From Eledone cirrhosa (taxonomy: Eukaryota), in the NCBI GenBank assembly GCA_964016885.1, contig OZ024755.1, forward strand, positions 42,842,001 through 42,906,000: a stretch of DNA of 64,000 nucleotides. The letters run 5' to 3'. Under the pieces are notes generated by a model. It saw only the letters and a program-made list of their open reading frames with translations, was not told the DNA's origin and searched no databases. The position numbers and the translations under genes are program-made. Shown piece after piece: positions 25,306-36,874 of the stretch (position 1 is its first letter; the number at the start of each line of letters is the position of its first letter).

Positions 25306-26883
25306 AGAAAATCCAAAAATCCAAAAAAAAATTATCATGTGAAAAATTGACAAAAAATCGACAAAAATGGCGCGCGTGAAAAAAAATCAAAAAAACCCCA
25401 AAAAATTTGCATGTGAAAAATTGACAAAAAATCAACCAAAAATGGCGCGCGTGAAAAAAATCCCAAAAAAATTTGCATGTGAAAATTGATATTTGCCTTC
25501 TATTGCATTAGAATTTGTCATGTTTAATTAAAATGTTATTTTCAACTAAATGCAAATGGTGCAAATTTGCTCCATTTAGATTCAGTTGTTAATGCTCACC
25601 TACTAATTTAAAAAAATTGTATTTTCTTAAATGACTCTTATTTATCATAAGTTAATATTTTTAAGATAGGTGAGTGCTCCACGATCTGACCTATGTCCCC
25701 GCCATGTGGAGTGGATGCTTGTACCAATTAGATAAAATATCTCAACTTATTTCTGTGACTCCAATGCACAGGCTGACACTGTAGCTTGAATTAAATTCAA
25801 AATTGGTACAAGTAACTAAGAGGTCACAAAAGAATAGCTTCACTTTCACCTATAGTTTTCATTAACATCATTTTTGGGATTTTTTGATAGAAGTAACTAA
25901 AGTAATAACTATTTAATTAAGTAGTTGTTGTTTGCATTGCCTTGAAAAATAGGAAACTAGCTAGAAAAATGCGTACAGCAAAAAAAAGTAATATTGTTGG
26001 AACAAACCTTTAAAAATACAGGACAAGGAAGTAAGATAAACCTTTAAAAATACAGGACAAAGAACTAAGATAAAACTTTAAAATTTATATTCCTTGTCCT
26101 ATTCTTTTAAAGTTTTATCTTAGTTCTTTGTCCTGTATTTTTAAAGGTTTATCTTACTTCCTTGTCCTGTATTTTTAAAGGTTTGTTCCAACAATATTAC
26201 TTTTTTTTGCTGTACGCATTTTTCTAGCTAGTTTCCTATTTTTCAAGGCAATGCAAACAACAACTACTTAATTAAATAGTTATTACTTTAGTTACTTCTA
26301 TCAAAAAATCCCAAAAATGATGTTAATGAAAACTATAGGTGAAAGTGAAGCTATTCTTTTGTGACCTCTTAGTTACTTGTACCAATTTTGAATTTAATTC
26401 AAGCTACAGTGTCAGCCTGTGCATTGGAGTCACAGAAATAAGTTGAGATATTTTATCTAATTGGTACAAGCATCCACTCCACATGGCGGGGACATAGGTC
26501 AGATCGTGGAGCACTCACCTATCTTAAAAATATTAACTTATGATAAATAAGAGTCATTTAAGAAAATACAATTTTTTTAAATTAGTAGGTGAGCATTAAC
26601 AACTGAATCTAAATGGAGCAAATTTGCACCATTTGCATTTAGTTGAAAATAACATTTTAATTAAACATGACAAATTCTAATGCAATAGAAGGCAAATATC
26701 AATTTTCACATGCAAATTTTTTTGGGATTTTTTTCACGCGCGCCATTTTTGGTCGATTTTTTGTCAATTTTTCACATGCAAATTTTTTGGGGTTTTTTTG
26801 ATTTTTTTTTCACGCGCGCCATTTTTGTCGATTTTTTGTCAATTTTTCACATGATAATTTTTTTTTGGATTTTTGGATTTTCT

Positions 26884-27546
26884 TCACGCACGCCATTTTT
26901 GTCGATTTTTTGTCAATTTTTCACATGATAATTTTTTTTGGATTTTTGTATTTTCTTCACGCGCTTTTTGGTATGCATTATTCATATGTTTTGCTTGTTC
27001 TGATTGTCTTTTTTCTTTTATTTCAGCAGCTTTCCGTTTTTTATACTCCCTATTCCTAATGGCATTTTTTCTCCGTTTTTCATTCTCTTTATGAATTTTT
27101 TGATCTTTGGGACATTCGGAAGCACTATCAGTCTCATTGAATTCAAATTCAGGTCCAGGATTTAATTCAACACAACCGATAATAAGCAATGATAAGATCA
27201 GTGCACGTGTTCTATATTTCTGATTGGAAATCGGGTAAATTCGTTTATTGGATTTGTAAAAAGCCGCCTGAATGTGAATTTCATCATTCGAATTGCCCGA
27301 TTGTGGAATTGTTTCATTCGAAATGGAAATATTGCATTTTCGCGCCAGGCAAAAAAGTAATAAGCCGATCAAAAAGCCGCGAAACGTATATGGTGACTTT
27401 TTTCGAAAGCCGCGAAACGTATGAAGTGACCTTTTGCGATTTTTTTTGCGACCATTTTGGCGAGACTTTTGCAGGGAAACAAATTTTTCATTTGTAATAG
27501 TCAAAATAAATAAGCCGATAAAAAAGCCGAGAGACGTCATTTTCAT
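26884..27546 (-). CDS. Mirror copy of the 2A-like ORF
   Basis: Identical 220-aa translation; 2A-like codons at 27151-27177. Confidence 0.4.
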   Translation of the reverse strand: MKMTSLGFFIGLFILTITNEKFVSLQKSRQNGRKKNRKRSLHTFRGFRKKSPYTFRGFLIGLLLFCLARKCNISISNETIPQSGNSNDEIHIQAAFYKSNKRIYPISNQKYRTRALILSLLIIGCVELNPGPEFEFNETDSASECPKDQKIHKENEKRRKNAIRNREYKKRKAAEIKEKRQSEQAKHMNNAYQKAREENTKIQKKLSCEKLTKNRQKWRA

Positions 27547-28775
27547 ATGTCAAATGAGCACACTATTCGCACCTATCGCAAATGAGTTCACTACTCGCAC
27601 CTATCGGTACAAAAAATAGCACAACTATTCACAACTATTAGTACAAATCCAAATGATTTTCTGAATTTCTAGTATATCAATCAGCGACTGCTTTGAAAGA
27701 GAACAATGCAGTGAGTGATTACTCATTTGAATATAAATAGAAGACAACCTCAACTAGTTTGCAACGTGTGACCACTTATCGCGAGATAGGAGAACATAAT
27801 AGCTCCTAATTAGCTCAATGATTAATGTTTACTGCCACATTGTATCAACATTTAAAATTCAAATTCAAAAAAATAACCGCAGTCACTGGGGGGGGGGTTC
27901 AAATAACCACCGCACCCCGAATAACCGCAGTCACTAGGGGGGGGGTTCGAATAAGACCCTCACCCCAAATAACAGCAGTCACTGGGGGAGGGTTCGAATA
28001 AGCACCGCACCCCGAATAACCGCAGTCACTGGGGGGAGGGTTCGAATAAGCGCCGCACCCCGAATAATCGCAGTCACTGGGGGGAGGGTTCGAATAAGCG
28101 CCGCACCCCGAATAACCGCAGTCACTGGGGGGAGGGTTCGAATAAGCGCCGCACCCCGAATAATCGCAGTCACTGGGGGGAGGGTTCGAATAAGCGGGGG
28201 GGGGGGGGGGGGGGTTCGAATAAGCGTCTCACCCCGAATAATCGCAGTCACTGGGGGAGGGTTCGAATAAGCGCCGCACCCCGAATAACCCCTTATCCTC
28301 CTCTGACCGGTCCCAAGAGATGCATCAAATGCACAGAGCGTCACCCTTACTCACTCACTTACTCACTTGAACACAGTTTTTTTCAGCAAACTTTGATCAT
28401 AACTTTTTTTGTGCTGAACGAAATTTCGAGATTTTTAGCTTAAGAGATGTGCAATGATTTACTCTCCATGCTCATATAACTTTCATGTGATTTTGATAAT
28501 CGGAAGACATTCTAATAATGCTGTAAAGAGACGATTGCCAACGAAATCACTAAGACAACAATATTACTAAAACTAAACCGACTACCGTCGGTTTAGGATA
28601 TATATATATATATATACAAATGAAAAAATTAATATGTTGCGTACATATCTAAAATCTAATTTGCAAACAAAATGTTCACTTGCATACTATATTGGATATA
28701 TACCAGATGTAATCTCCGATTTATACAATTTAAGTATTTAAATCATATTTGCGTACATGCGTAATGAGTACGAAA

Positions 28776-28836
<61 letters not shown>

Positions 28837-28986
28837 CGTTCATACAAACATACAAGTATAATCATATTTATGAAGGTTATATGCATTTATACATAGACAT
28901 TATACATACTTATTTAATAATACCAACACCAGAACCAAACATTTCTTAATAAAACAACAATAATCATTTATTTCTTGATATTTACA

Positions 28987-29026
28987 CGAAGAAGAAGAAG
29001 AAGAAGAAGAAGAAGAAGAAGAAGAA
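28987..29026. repeat. (GAA)n microsatellite
   Basis: About 13 GAA units. Confidence 0.9.
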
Positions 29027-29111
29027 AATGATGATGAGGGAGGGGGGGGGGGGAGAAAGAGGAACAAAACAAGTGGAGGAGGAGGGGGATTATTGGAGTC
29101 GGAAGAAGAGA

Positions 29112-29380
29112 AAATGCACAGAGCGTCACCCTTACTCACTCACTTACTCACTTGAACACAGTTTTTTTCAGCAAACTTTGATCATAACTTTTTTTGTGCT
29201 GAACGAAATTTCGAGATTTTTAGCTTAAGAGATGTGCAATGATTTACTCTCCATGCTCATATAACTTTCATGTGATTTTGATAATCGGAAGACATTCTAA
29301 TAATGCTGTAAAGAGACGATTGCCAACGAAATCACTAAGACAACAATATTACTAAACCGACTACCGTCGGTTTAGGATAT
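29112..29380. mobile_element. Third copy of the Helentron/HINE-like terminal segment
   Basis: Near-identical to 28328-28600; ACTC micro-repeat and terminal hairpin CTAAACCGAC-TACC-GTCGGTTTAG. Confidence 0.55.
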
Positions 29381-29538
29381 AGAACAGACTTCTGCACATT
29401 TTCTTTCTACCAAATTTCACTCACATGGCATTGGTTAACCCAAGGCTATATTAGAAGACACTTGCCCAAGGTAGCAAGCAGTGAGGACTGAATGTGAAAC
29501 CATGTGGTTGCCTCCTTATCCAGTCAGTCATGCTATGT

Positions 29539-30812
29539 TTACAATTTTAGGTTGGTAGTTGACCTGTAAAAGCCATCATCTTGGTGGACTTGTTCTGTGG
29601 AACACAAATATAAGTTGTCAACAGGCTGCTCACCAAAATTACAGTTTATAAATCGTTCATATATGTCAGGTTTGATCTGATGTGATCCAATCAACCGACT
29701 GACCTGGTGAGTTAGTTTCATTATAGTCATATGAGGTGTAAAAACTTCATCAACCAACAGTTTCTCTTCTTGAAAGTAACATTTCAGTTTTTTAACAAGT
29801 CCTGTGAGTTCTTCTGGAACATCTGCGCAACCATAGATGACTCGGTTAGAGAATTGGTTGAGGTTTCTTATTCTTATTGGATTACAGCCAGCAACTGTTC
29901 TGGAAAGTTCTCCATGGAGATTTTTCAACAAGGTTGTAGCATCAGCAATTTGGGATGTCTGGTCTAGATGCAGCATGCACAGTGTTAGATGCAGACAAAC
30001 AGGTGGAATGAAACAATCAATGTAGGTTGGTTCATTCTTTAAGATTTCTTCCTTCATCGATGCAACTCTTTCCAATATTTCTTCATTCGTTATTCTCAAT
30101 GCTACAAAAAAATTGGGCCTTTTGGTTTTTGCACAGAATTCATCATCACAGAAAAGGTTAGGATCACTTAGCATTTCAGGTCCAGAATCTGATTCAAGAA
30201 GAAAATTTTCTTCAATATTGCATTTTAGTTGTTCTTCATAATTTGATATTACATCTGTTATTGTCATTTTACTTCCAGTTGACCCAAAAACCAAATCAAG
30301 ACGTTGTACTTTATCCCAAACTTTTATTGTCTTGTACTTGAAGTAAAATATTCTGTGTTTTGGAATGGCCAGTGTATAATAATCAACTGAAGAGATATCT
30401 TCCCAAGAAAAACTACTAAAAGATTTCTCAATAATTCCAACAAAACGATCCATATAACCTATGATAAAATCTTCAGATTTTATGTTGTCATCCCACAGAA
30501 TTCTAGAAATTACATCAGAAGCTGTCTTCATTGCTGGTTTCTTGTCAACAATTTTATCTTCTTTATTTTTTAAACATTTTTTTTTGGCATGTTTCACAGT
30601 TGGTTTGTTTTTACCTTTGACAGGCTCCATTATATCACCACTTTCGTTCTCTGTCACCCACTGAAGGCAGGCATCAACCAAATTCTGTATCATAGGTTTA
30701 CCAACAAATTGCTCAGATTTTTCCATTAAAAATGTCAACAGTTGTGTACTGTTTGTACTTGTAAGAATGTTTGAGAATGGAATTATGGCAGGGGTGACAT
30801 CAGGATATTGCT
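29539..30812 (-). CDS. LENG9: LENG9-like gene, last exon: end of RWD, MJ1316/DUF504, AKAP7-like 2H phosphoesterase
   Basis: MKTASDVISRILWD...IGYMDRFVG...IPKHRIFYFKY...VWDK (MJ1316); RPNFFVALRI, LHLTL and PHMTI (two HxT motifs); acceptor ttttatttgcag/ at 30813/30812. Confidence 0.85.
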
Positions 30813-31883
30813 CTGCAAATAAAACACACATAATAAAATTAGATATTTATGATTACACATTGACAATAATAGACTTTTGTATTAAAAAATAAAAGGGACA
30901 GGGGTTAGCCTTGCAAGTTCCATATTGGACATGTTTTGTGGGAAACTCAAGTTTTGTGTGTCCAATTTCATTACTCCAGAATCATTGCTATGAGTACCAG
31001 CTATATAACTGGGTTAACACTTCTAATGCCAAACTACCTGAAACCACACCTGGTTCTATGACACTCAGCTGTATATTTTAAAGTATTTATGTTTATCTAA
31101 AAACCTACCATCATAATTGTTTCTACTTTTGGCACAAAGCTAGCAATTACCCAGTACATTGTGGGTACTTTATTTTATCGACCCCGTAAGGATGAAAGTA
31201 TTTATATTTATCTAAAAACCTACCATCATAATGTTATGTAAGACCATTTATGTTTAATAATAAGAAAGTTATTTTACTAAATCTTTCCAATTTCTTGATT
31301 ATTTTCAAAATGGATTTTAAAATTACGGGCAGAATTTTTCATTTGGGTTAAGTTAGAGAATTATCTTGCTAACATTCTTCCTTTATTAAAAACAGATCTA
31401 TCTGTACTTGATAAAGAAATAGTCATTCTTACAGCAGTAAGAATCTATAGATAGTAGAGTGTAGTACCAAATACATTGGTTAGTATTACAGTTTTAATGT
31501 TGTAGAGATTTAATTTGTCATTCATCTCCCTATCGATACAAAACCTTCTGGAACTAACACTGTTTCTACATTACAAAGGTATTCATCTTAAAATGGTCAT
31601 CATCATTTAACGTCCACTTTCCCTACATAGAGTCACTACCTAAGCAGGGCTACTGACCTCCCAGACAAGCCGAAAGGTCTGTATCTAGCTTAAGAACAGT
31701 CATATGTTCTATCAAGGACACAGGAGAGGTTGTCGTGTTTTTTTACACAATTAAGGGTCTTTCCAACCCCTTCTTTGGCAGGCTTTCTACGGGATACACT
31801 TCTTACCACCAACCACTTTACTGGTTCATGTTTATCTAAAATTATGATTTGTTTCAACATAAGTTTTTCCAATATATTCTTAC

Positions 31884-32058
31884 CTGTTAATTGAAACTTG
31901 AGTGAAAGATTCTTTACTTGAAGCTGGATTGTAATGATGTATGCAAAGTCACCAACAGATTCTATTACTTTACATCTTGATTGGAGGTGTGCTTTTAATT
32001 GAGAAATTTCTTGTGCCACACAACCAGGGGTTTCAATGTTTTCATTGTCTGCCGCCAT
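31884..32058 (-). CDS. LENG9: LENG9-like gene, first coding exon (N-terminal RWD-like domain)
   Basis: ATG at 32058; donor ag/gtaaga at 31884/31883; phase-1 splice gives LKFQLT-E-QYPDVTP (RWD YPxxxP); total CDS 1449 nt = 482 aa; upstream acceptor ttttcctacag/ at 32070 implies a further 5' UTR exon. Confidence 0.8.
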
Positions 32059-32879
32059 TGATGGTTATTCTGTAGGAAAATAAAATTTACCAAAAAAAGA
32101 AAAAAGAGAAAGAAATGAGAGAAAAGCAACAAAATATATTATAAATAATGAAGAGCATTTAAAATGTGGAAATATCCAATCAACTTGAACCTTTTCAATA
32201 GCAACCCACCTAACCCTATGGTTCTACTAAGCTGTTTATTTTAAAGTATTTATAGAGAGGGCACACCTCACCCTATAAACATACTGTGTATGTATGTATA
32301 TATATATATTTTGTTATACTTGGGGAGGGTCATATTGTTGTAATAATATTGCCAGAAATAATAACAGAACACACAGCTTGGTTGGTTTTCGCTTCTGTAT
32401 CTTTTATATCTCCATAGTTAATTTATTTGGCAATCAATGTTTATCATTGATTGACCAGCGGTTAAAAATACAGATATAAATATATATATATATATAGTCT
32501 ATCAAAGTTCTTTTGTTGCACATCTGCAGCAACATCAGTGGTACTATTATGTTTCCTCCTGTTGTATTGTATGTCTACACCATTTTTATATATTTATATA
32601 TGCATACACACACATGTGTGTGTGTGTGACTGTTGGCTGTGACTTGAAATGGATTTTGATAATATTTATAGTAGATTGAGGTGTCACATAGAACCTTTTC
32701 TTTTTGCTTTATACATAAATTTGGCTGCTATTTCTAACAGATCTAGCTAACTACCATAAATAGATTTCACTTATAATACTTTACAGAATGTCTGTATGTT
32801 CTTGCAAAGTAAGACTGCAATAAAGCTGCTACTTCAGAATTCCTTGCAAACTATATGACTAAGGAATTAGGATCTATTG

Positions 32880-33650
32880 TCATTAAATGAGGAATTACGA
32901 TATTTCTCATTCCAAAGCCTCTGGATAAACAACATTCTTGGTTTTCTCCTGTGGTGCTACAATGAAGAGACAATCAGGGTTTCCAAGCCTTGTTGTACCA
33001 ACATAGAGTTGATTTGTGAAAAGACAGGATCTGCCAGGTTCAACCCAACGACTTTCAATGATTGCCCTTGAGATTTATTGATGGTTATGGCAAAACCGAG
33101 TCTGATAGGGAATTGAAGTCTTTGAAATTCAAATGGCAAATCAGTTGGCTTCAGAGGTATTCTGGGAATGAAACAATTGTCACCAGCAAATTTCCTGGCA
33201 TGAACATTGGACATCATATTTTTGATGATGAGTCTTGTGACATTGCAAAGTTTTGGAGGATCCAGATTATGAAGTAACATAACCGATGCTCCAAGCTTCA
33301 GTATCAGGTTGTGTGGAGGAATTCCTGCTTGTTCAAGACTATTCAAACAAATTTAATTGGATAGTTTACAACCTGGTTTAGGGAACTGATTGTGTCAACT
33401 GATTTTTAGCATCTTTTCTTTCATGGTAACATGTCCAGCAGCCTTCTGTTGATTTATTTTACAGCAACATTTTTCAGTGCTAAGATTGCTTGTTCCCAGA
33501 GACATTGTCTGATCTGAATATTTGCAAACACTCTTGCAATCAGTTCTTGTTCTGTGTCAATGATATGGCCAAATGACAACTGAATATGGTCATTGGAGTC
33601 CTTTTCAAAAGCCCATTTCCCAATTTAAGTAGTTGGATGGCAAACTCACT
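32880..33650 (-). mobile_element. Helitron Pif1-helicase C-terminal fragment
   Basis: GIPPHNLILKLGASVMLLHNLDPPKLCNVTRL, FQRLQFPIRLGFAITINKSQGQSL. Confidence 0.88.
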
Positions 33651-33664
33651 GACACTTTCATCAC

Positions 33665-33962
33665 CAGTCAAGTGGTGCTGACAGAAGCCCCCCCCCCCCC
33701 CACACACACACAGTCAAGTGGTGCTGACAGAAGCCCCCCCCCCCCCCACACACAGTCAAGTGGTGCTGACAGAAGTCCTCCCCCCCACACACACAGTCAA
33801 GTGGTGCTGACAGAAGTCCCCCCCCCCTCACACACAGTCCAGTGGTGCTGACAGACCCCCCCCCCCACACACAGTCCAGTGGTGCTGACAGAAGCCCCCC
33901 CCCCGCCCACACACACAGGCAAGTGGTTCTGACAGAAGTCCCCCCCCCCTCCCCCCGCCACA
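33665..33962. repeat. About 43-bp minisatellite with poly-C
   Basis: CAGTC(A/C)AGTGGTGCTGACAGAAG-(C)n-(AC)n, about 7 copies. Confidence 0.9.
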
Positions 33963-34046
33963 CAATGAAGTGGATCCGACACATACAGAACGTCTCAATA
34001 AATGATAGTCAAAATATATCTAATTACTGTCCGGTAACTTTGCAGC

Positions 34047-34650
34047 TATATATATATATATATAATCCAGGGATATATATATATATATTATCCAGGGATA
34101 TATATATATATATATATTATCCAGGGATATATATATATATATTATCCAGGGATATATATATATATATATATATTATCCAGGGATATATATATATATATTA
34201 TCCACGGATATATATATATATATATATTATCCAGGGATATATATATATATATATATTATCCACGGATATATATATATATATATATTATCCAGGGATATAT
34301 ATATATATATTATCCAGGGATATATATATATATATATATTATCCACGGATATATATATATATATTATCCATGGATATATATATATATATATTATCCACGG
34401 ATATATATATATATATATATATATTATCCACGGATATATATATATATATATTATCCACGGATATATATATATATATATTATCCACGGATATATATATATA
34501 TATATTATCCAGCGATATATATATATATATATATTATCCAGGGATATATATATATATATATATTATCCACGGATATATATATATATATTATCCAGGGATA
34601 TATATATATATATTATCCAGGGATATATATATATATATATTATCCACAGA
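34047..34650. repeat. Compound satellite: (TA)n punctuated by TATCC(AG/AC)GGAT
   Basis: About 21 units of TTATCCA(G/C)GGA plus variable (TA)n. Confidence 0.95.
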
Positions 34651-34722
34651 TAACTTGAACCGTTAAGGTATATTATCCTTGGTCATGTCAAATATTTATA
34701 ATACATTTTGTAAAAGATTTTG

Positions 34723-34783
34723 TATTTTATCTGATGAGAGCGTACCAAATTTTTGGTGCCCTTGAAATATATATAATAGAATA
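34723..34783 (+). ncRNA. Hammerhead ribozyme motif
   Basis: UAUUUUAU-CUGAUGA-GAGCGUACCAAAUUUUUGGUGCCCUU-GAAA-UAUAUA-UA-AUAGAAUA. Confidence 0.75.
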
Positions 34784-35139
34784 AATATGGTTTTATAAAT
34801 ATAGTTTCCATTTATTTAATATCATTGAATATTATACTCCAGACAGAAATCTGTCGAGTGCTCTGAATCAGTTATAAACATTTATATTTGTTGAATTTCC
34901 AACAAATTGAATATCCCTTCTGCTTCATATATACATATATATATATATATAGTATATATATAACGAAGGAGGTGTGGTAAGGAACCAGATGGACCATAAC
35001 GCACCAGAGTACTCAATATTTAGGGTAGTAGAGTGGGTAATAGGAAAATGATTGACCCCGACGGCAGAGCTCAAGCCGTTTCAAGGGCTATTTTTGGACT
35101 AAATTTAGTCCAGAAATAGCCGTCGGGGTCAAACATTTT

Positions 35140-35192
<53 letters not shown>

Positions 35193-35886
35193 TAATAAAT
35201 GAACAGAGAACAAAAAACAGAGGGGCAGTACAAATGATATGGGTTTTAGTTTCATGCTTGAGAGTGAGGTGTGTGTGTATATATATATTATAATTCTGCT
35301 TGTGCTATATATATAAATATATATATTATAATTCTGCTTGTGCTATGTATGTTCGTAACGCTTTACTATGTTACACACATCTACATGTAAATACATAAAC
35401 AGATACACAGACAACACAAGTGCAAACACACACATTTACTCATACATATTCATAAATAGACATATTTTACAAAATAATTATTACATACACACATCTCTAT
35501 GTAAGGAAGGAGCTGGTGAAATGCTATAGCAATGAGCGTTCCAAGATTAGCTATACTTGTGTGAGTGTATGTGTGTGTGTTTTGTATGAGTGTATTTGTG
35601 TGCCTTTGTGAGTGTATGTGTCTTGTTTTTAAATTAGCCCGGAGTAAACAGACCCACCTGGGCACCTCGTTGAGTGCTCTAGCCGGCATACTGAAGTATC
35701 GGTAACTAACCAACACATACTCAAATATATATATATACTTTATAAATAACAATCAAAGAGGGTTTAAGACATGTTTTAAACACTCTGATTGTTATTGATA
35801 AAGTATTTTGGCTCTGTATTACACTTGTTATTTTACATTGAGTTATTTTCATACTTGTAATATTACCCACATTATATATATATATA

Positions 35887-36715
35887 TTCATTCATTCATT
35901 CATTTTACGTCTGCTTTTTCCCTGCTTGCAAGGGTGGGACAGGAACTGATTCTGGCTTGATTTCTACAGCTGGATGCCCTTCCTAACACCAACCTCATTT
36001 ACAGTGAGTGCTGGGTGCTTTTTTGCCATGGCACCTCCACGACCACTTTGCAGTGGAATGATAGGGACCCCAGTCCCTATCATCTTATTTCTACAGCTGA
36101 GTAAACTGGAGCAATGTGAAATAAAGTGTCTTGCTCAAGGAAACAACACATCACCCGGTCTGAGAATTGAGCTCACAACCTTTCGATTGCAAGGCCAATG
36201 CTCTAACCACTAAGCCATGTGCCTATACGTGTGTATATATATATATATATAATCTGTCTGTCTGTCTGTCTGTATGTATGTATGTATGTATATATATAGT
36301 AATAATAATAAATTTGAAGACTAAAATCCAAAGAGGGCTCGATAAGGATAAATATATATCAAATATATAAGTGGAGGCACATGGCTTAGTGGTTAGAGCA
36401 TTGGTCTTGCAATCGAAAGGTTGTGAGTTCAATTCTCAGACCGGGTGATGTGTTGTTTCCTTGAGCAAGACACTTTATTTCACATTGCTCCAGTTTACTC
36501 AGCTGTAGAAATGAGATGATAGGGACTGGGGTCCATATCATTCCACTGCAAAGTGGTCGTGGAGGTGCCACGGCAAAAAGGCACCCAGCACTCACTGTAA
36601 ATGAGGTTGGTGTTAGGAAGGGCATCCAGCTGTAGAAACCAAGCCAGTATCAGTTCCCATCCCACCCTTGCAAGCAGGGAAAAGCGGACGTAAAATGAAA
36701 TGATGATGAATGATG
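35887..36715. mobile_element. Head-to-head inverted pair of full-length CORE-type SINEs (35887-36224 minus, 36372-36715 plus)
   Basis: Both closely match the 16320-16658 copy; heads about 150 bp apart. Confidence 0.88.
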
Positions 36716-36754
36716 ATATAAGAACTGTAGAGCAAATATTTATTAAAATAACAG

Positions 36755-36861
36755 ATTAAAGTTTAAGCAAAGAATCGCTGCTTTCACCCTTAACGGGATC
36801 TTCTGAAACTCAGAAGATCGCGTTAAGGGTGAAAGCAGCGATTCTTTGCTTAAGCTTTAAT
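36755..36861. repeat. Short fold-back with a degenerate hammerhead-like core
   Basis: About 50-bp arms around AAAC; CAGAAGA-UC(C/G)CGUUAAGGGU-GAAA. Confidence 0.7.
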
Positions 36862-36874
36862 AAATATATATATA

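Larger units (their letters stand above)
23262..28780. repeat. 5.5-kb palindrome (arms 23262-26083 and 26105-28780, 21-bp spacer) flanked by (TA)n
   Basis: Mirror ORFs are identical (24643-25305 + and 26884-27546 -); ends TGAGATTTCGTACTC / GAGTACGAAATCTCA. Confidence 0.97.

Noticed and set aside
31690-31883. C-terminal half of the 122-aa ORF, and the MCVLFA start of the 430-aa ORF
   Set aside because: Both lie in the intron defined by the splice sites at 31884 and 30812.
32957-33346. Cellular PIF1 helicase gene
   Set aside because: Intronless, frameshifted and Helitron-like; no intact N-terminal motifs.
33842-34666. 274-aa ORF and the many other YI/IY-rich ORFs (e.g. 7091, 22935, 40475 N-terminus, 42527, 44338)
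   Set aside because: Translations of (TA)n and (CA)n microsatellites, which lack stop codons.
36372-36445. tRNA gene
   Set aside because: A and B boxes are present, but the sequence continues into a SINE body and tail; no convincing cloverleaf.
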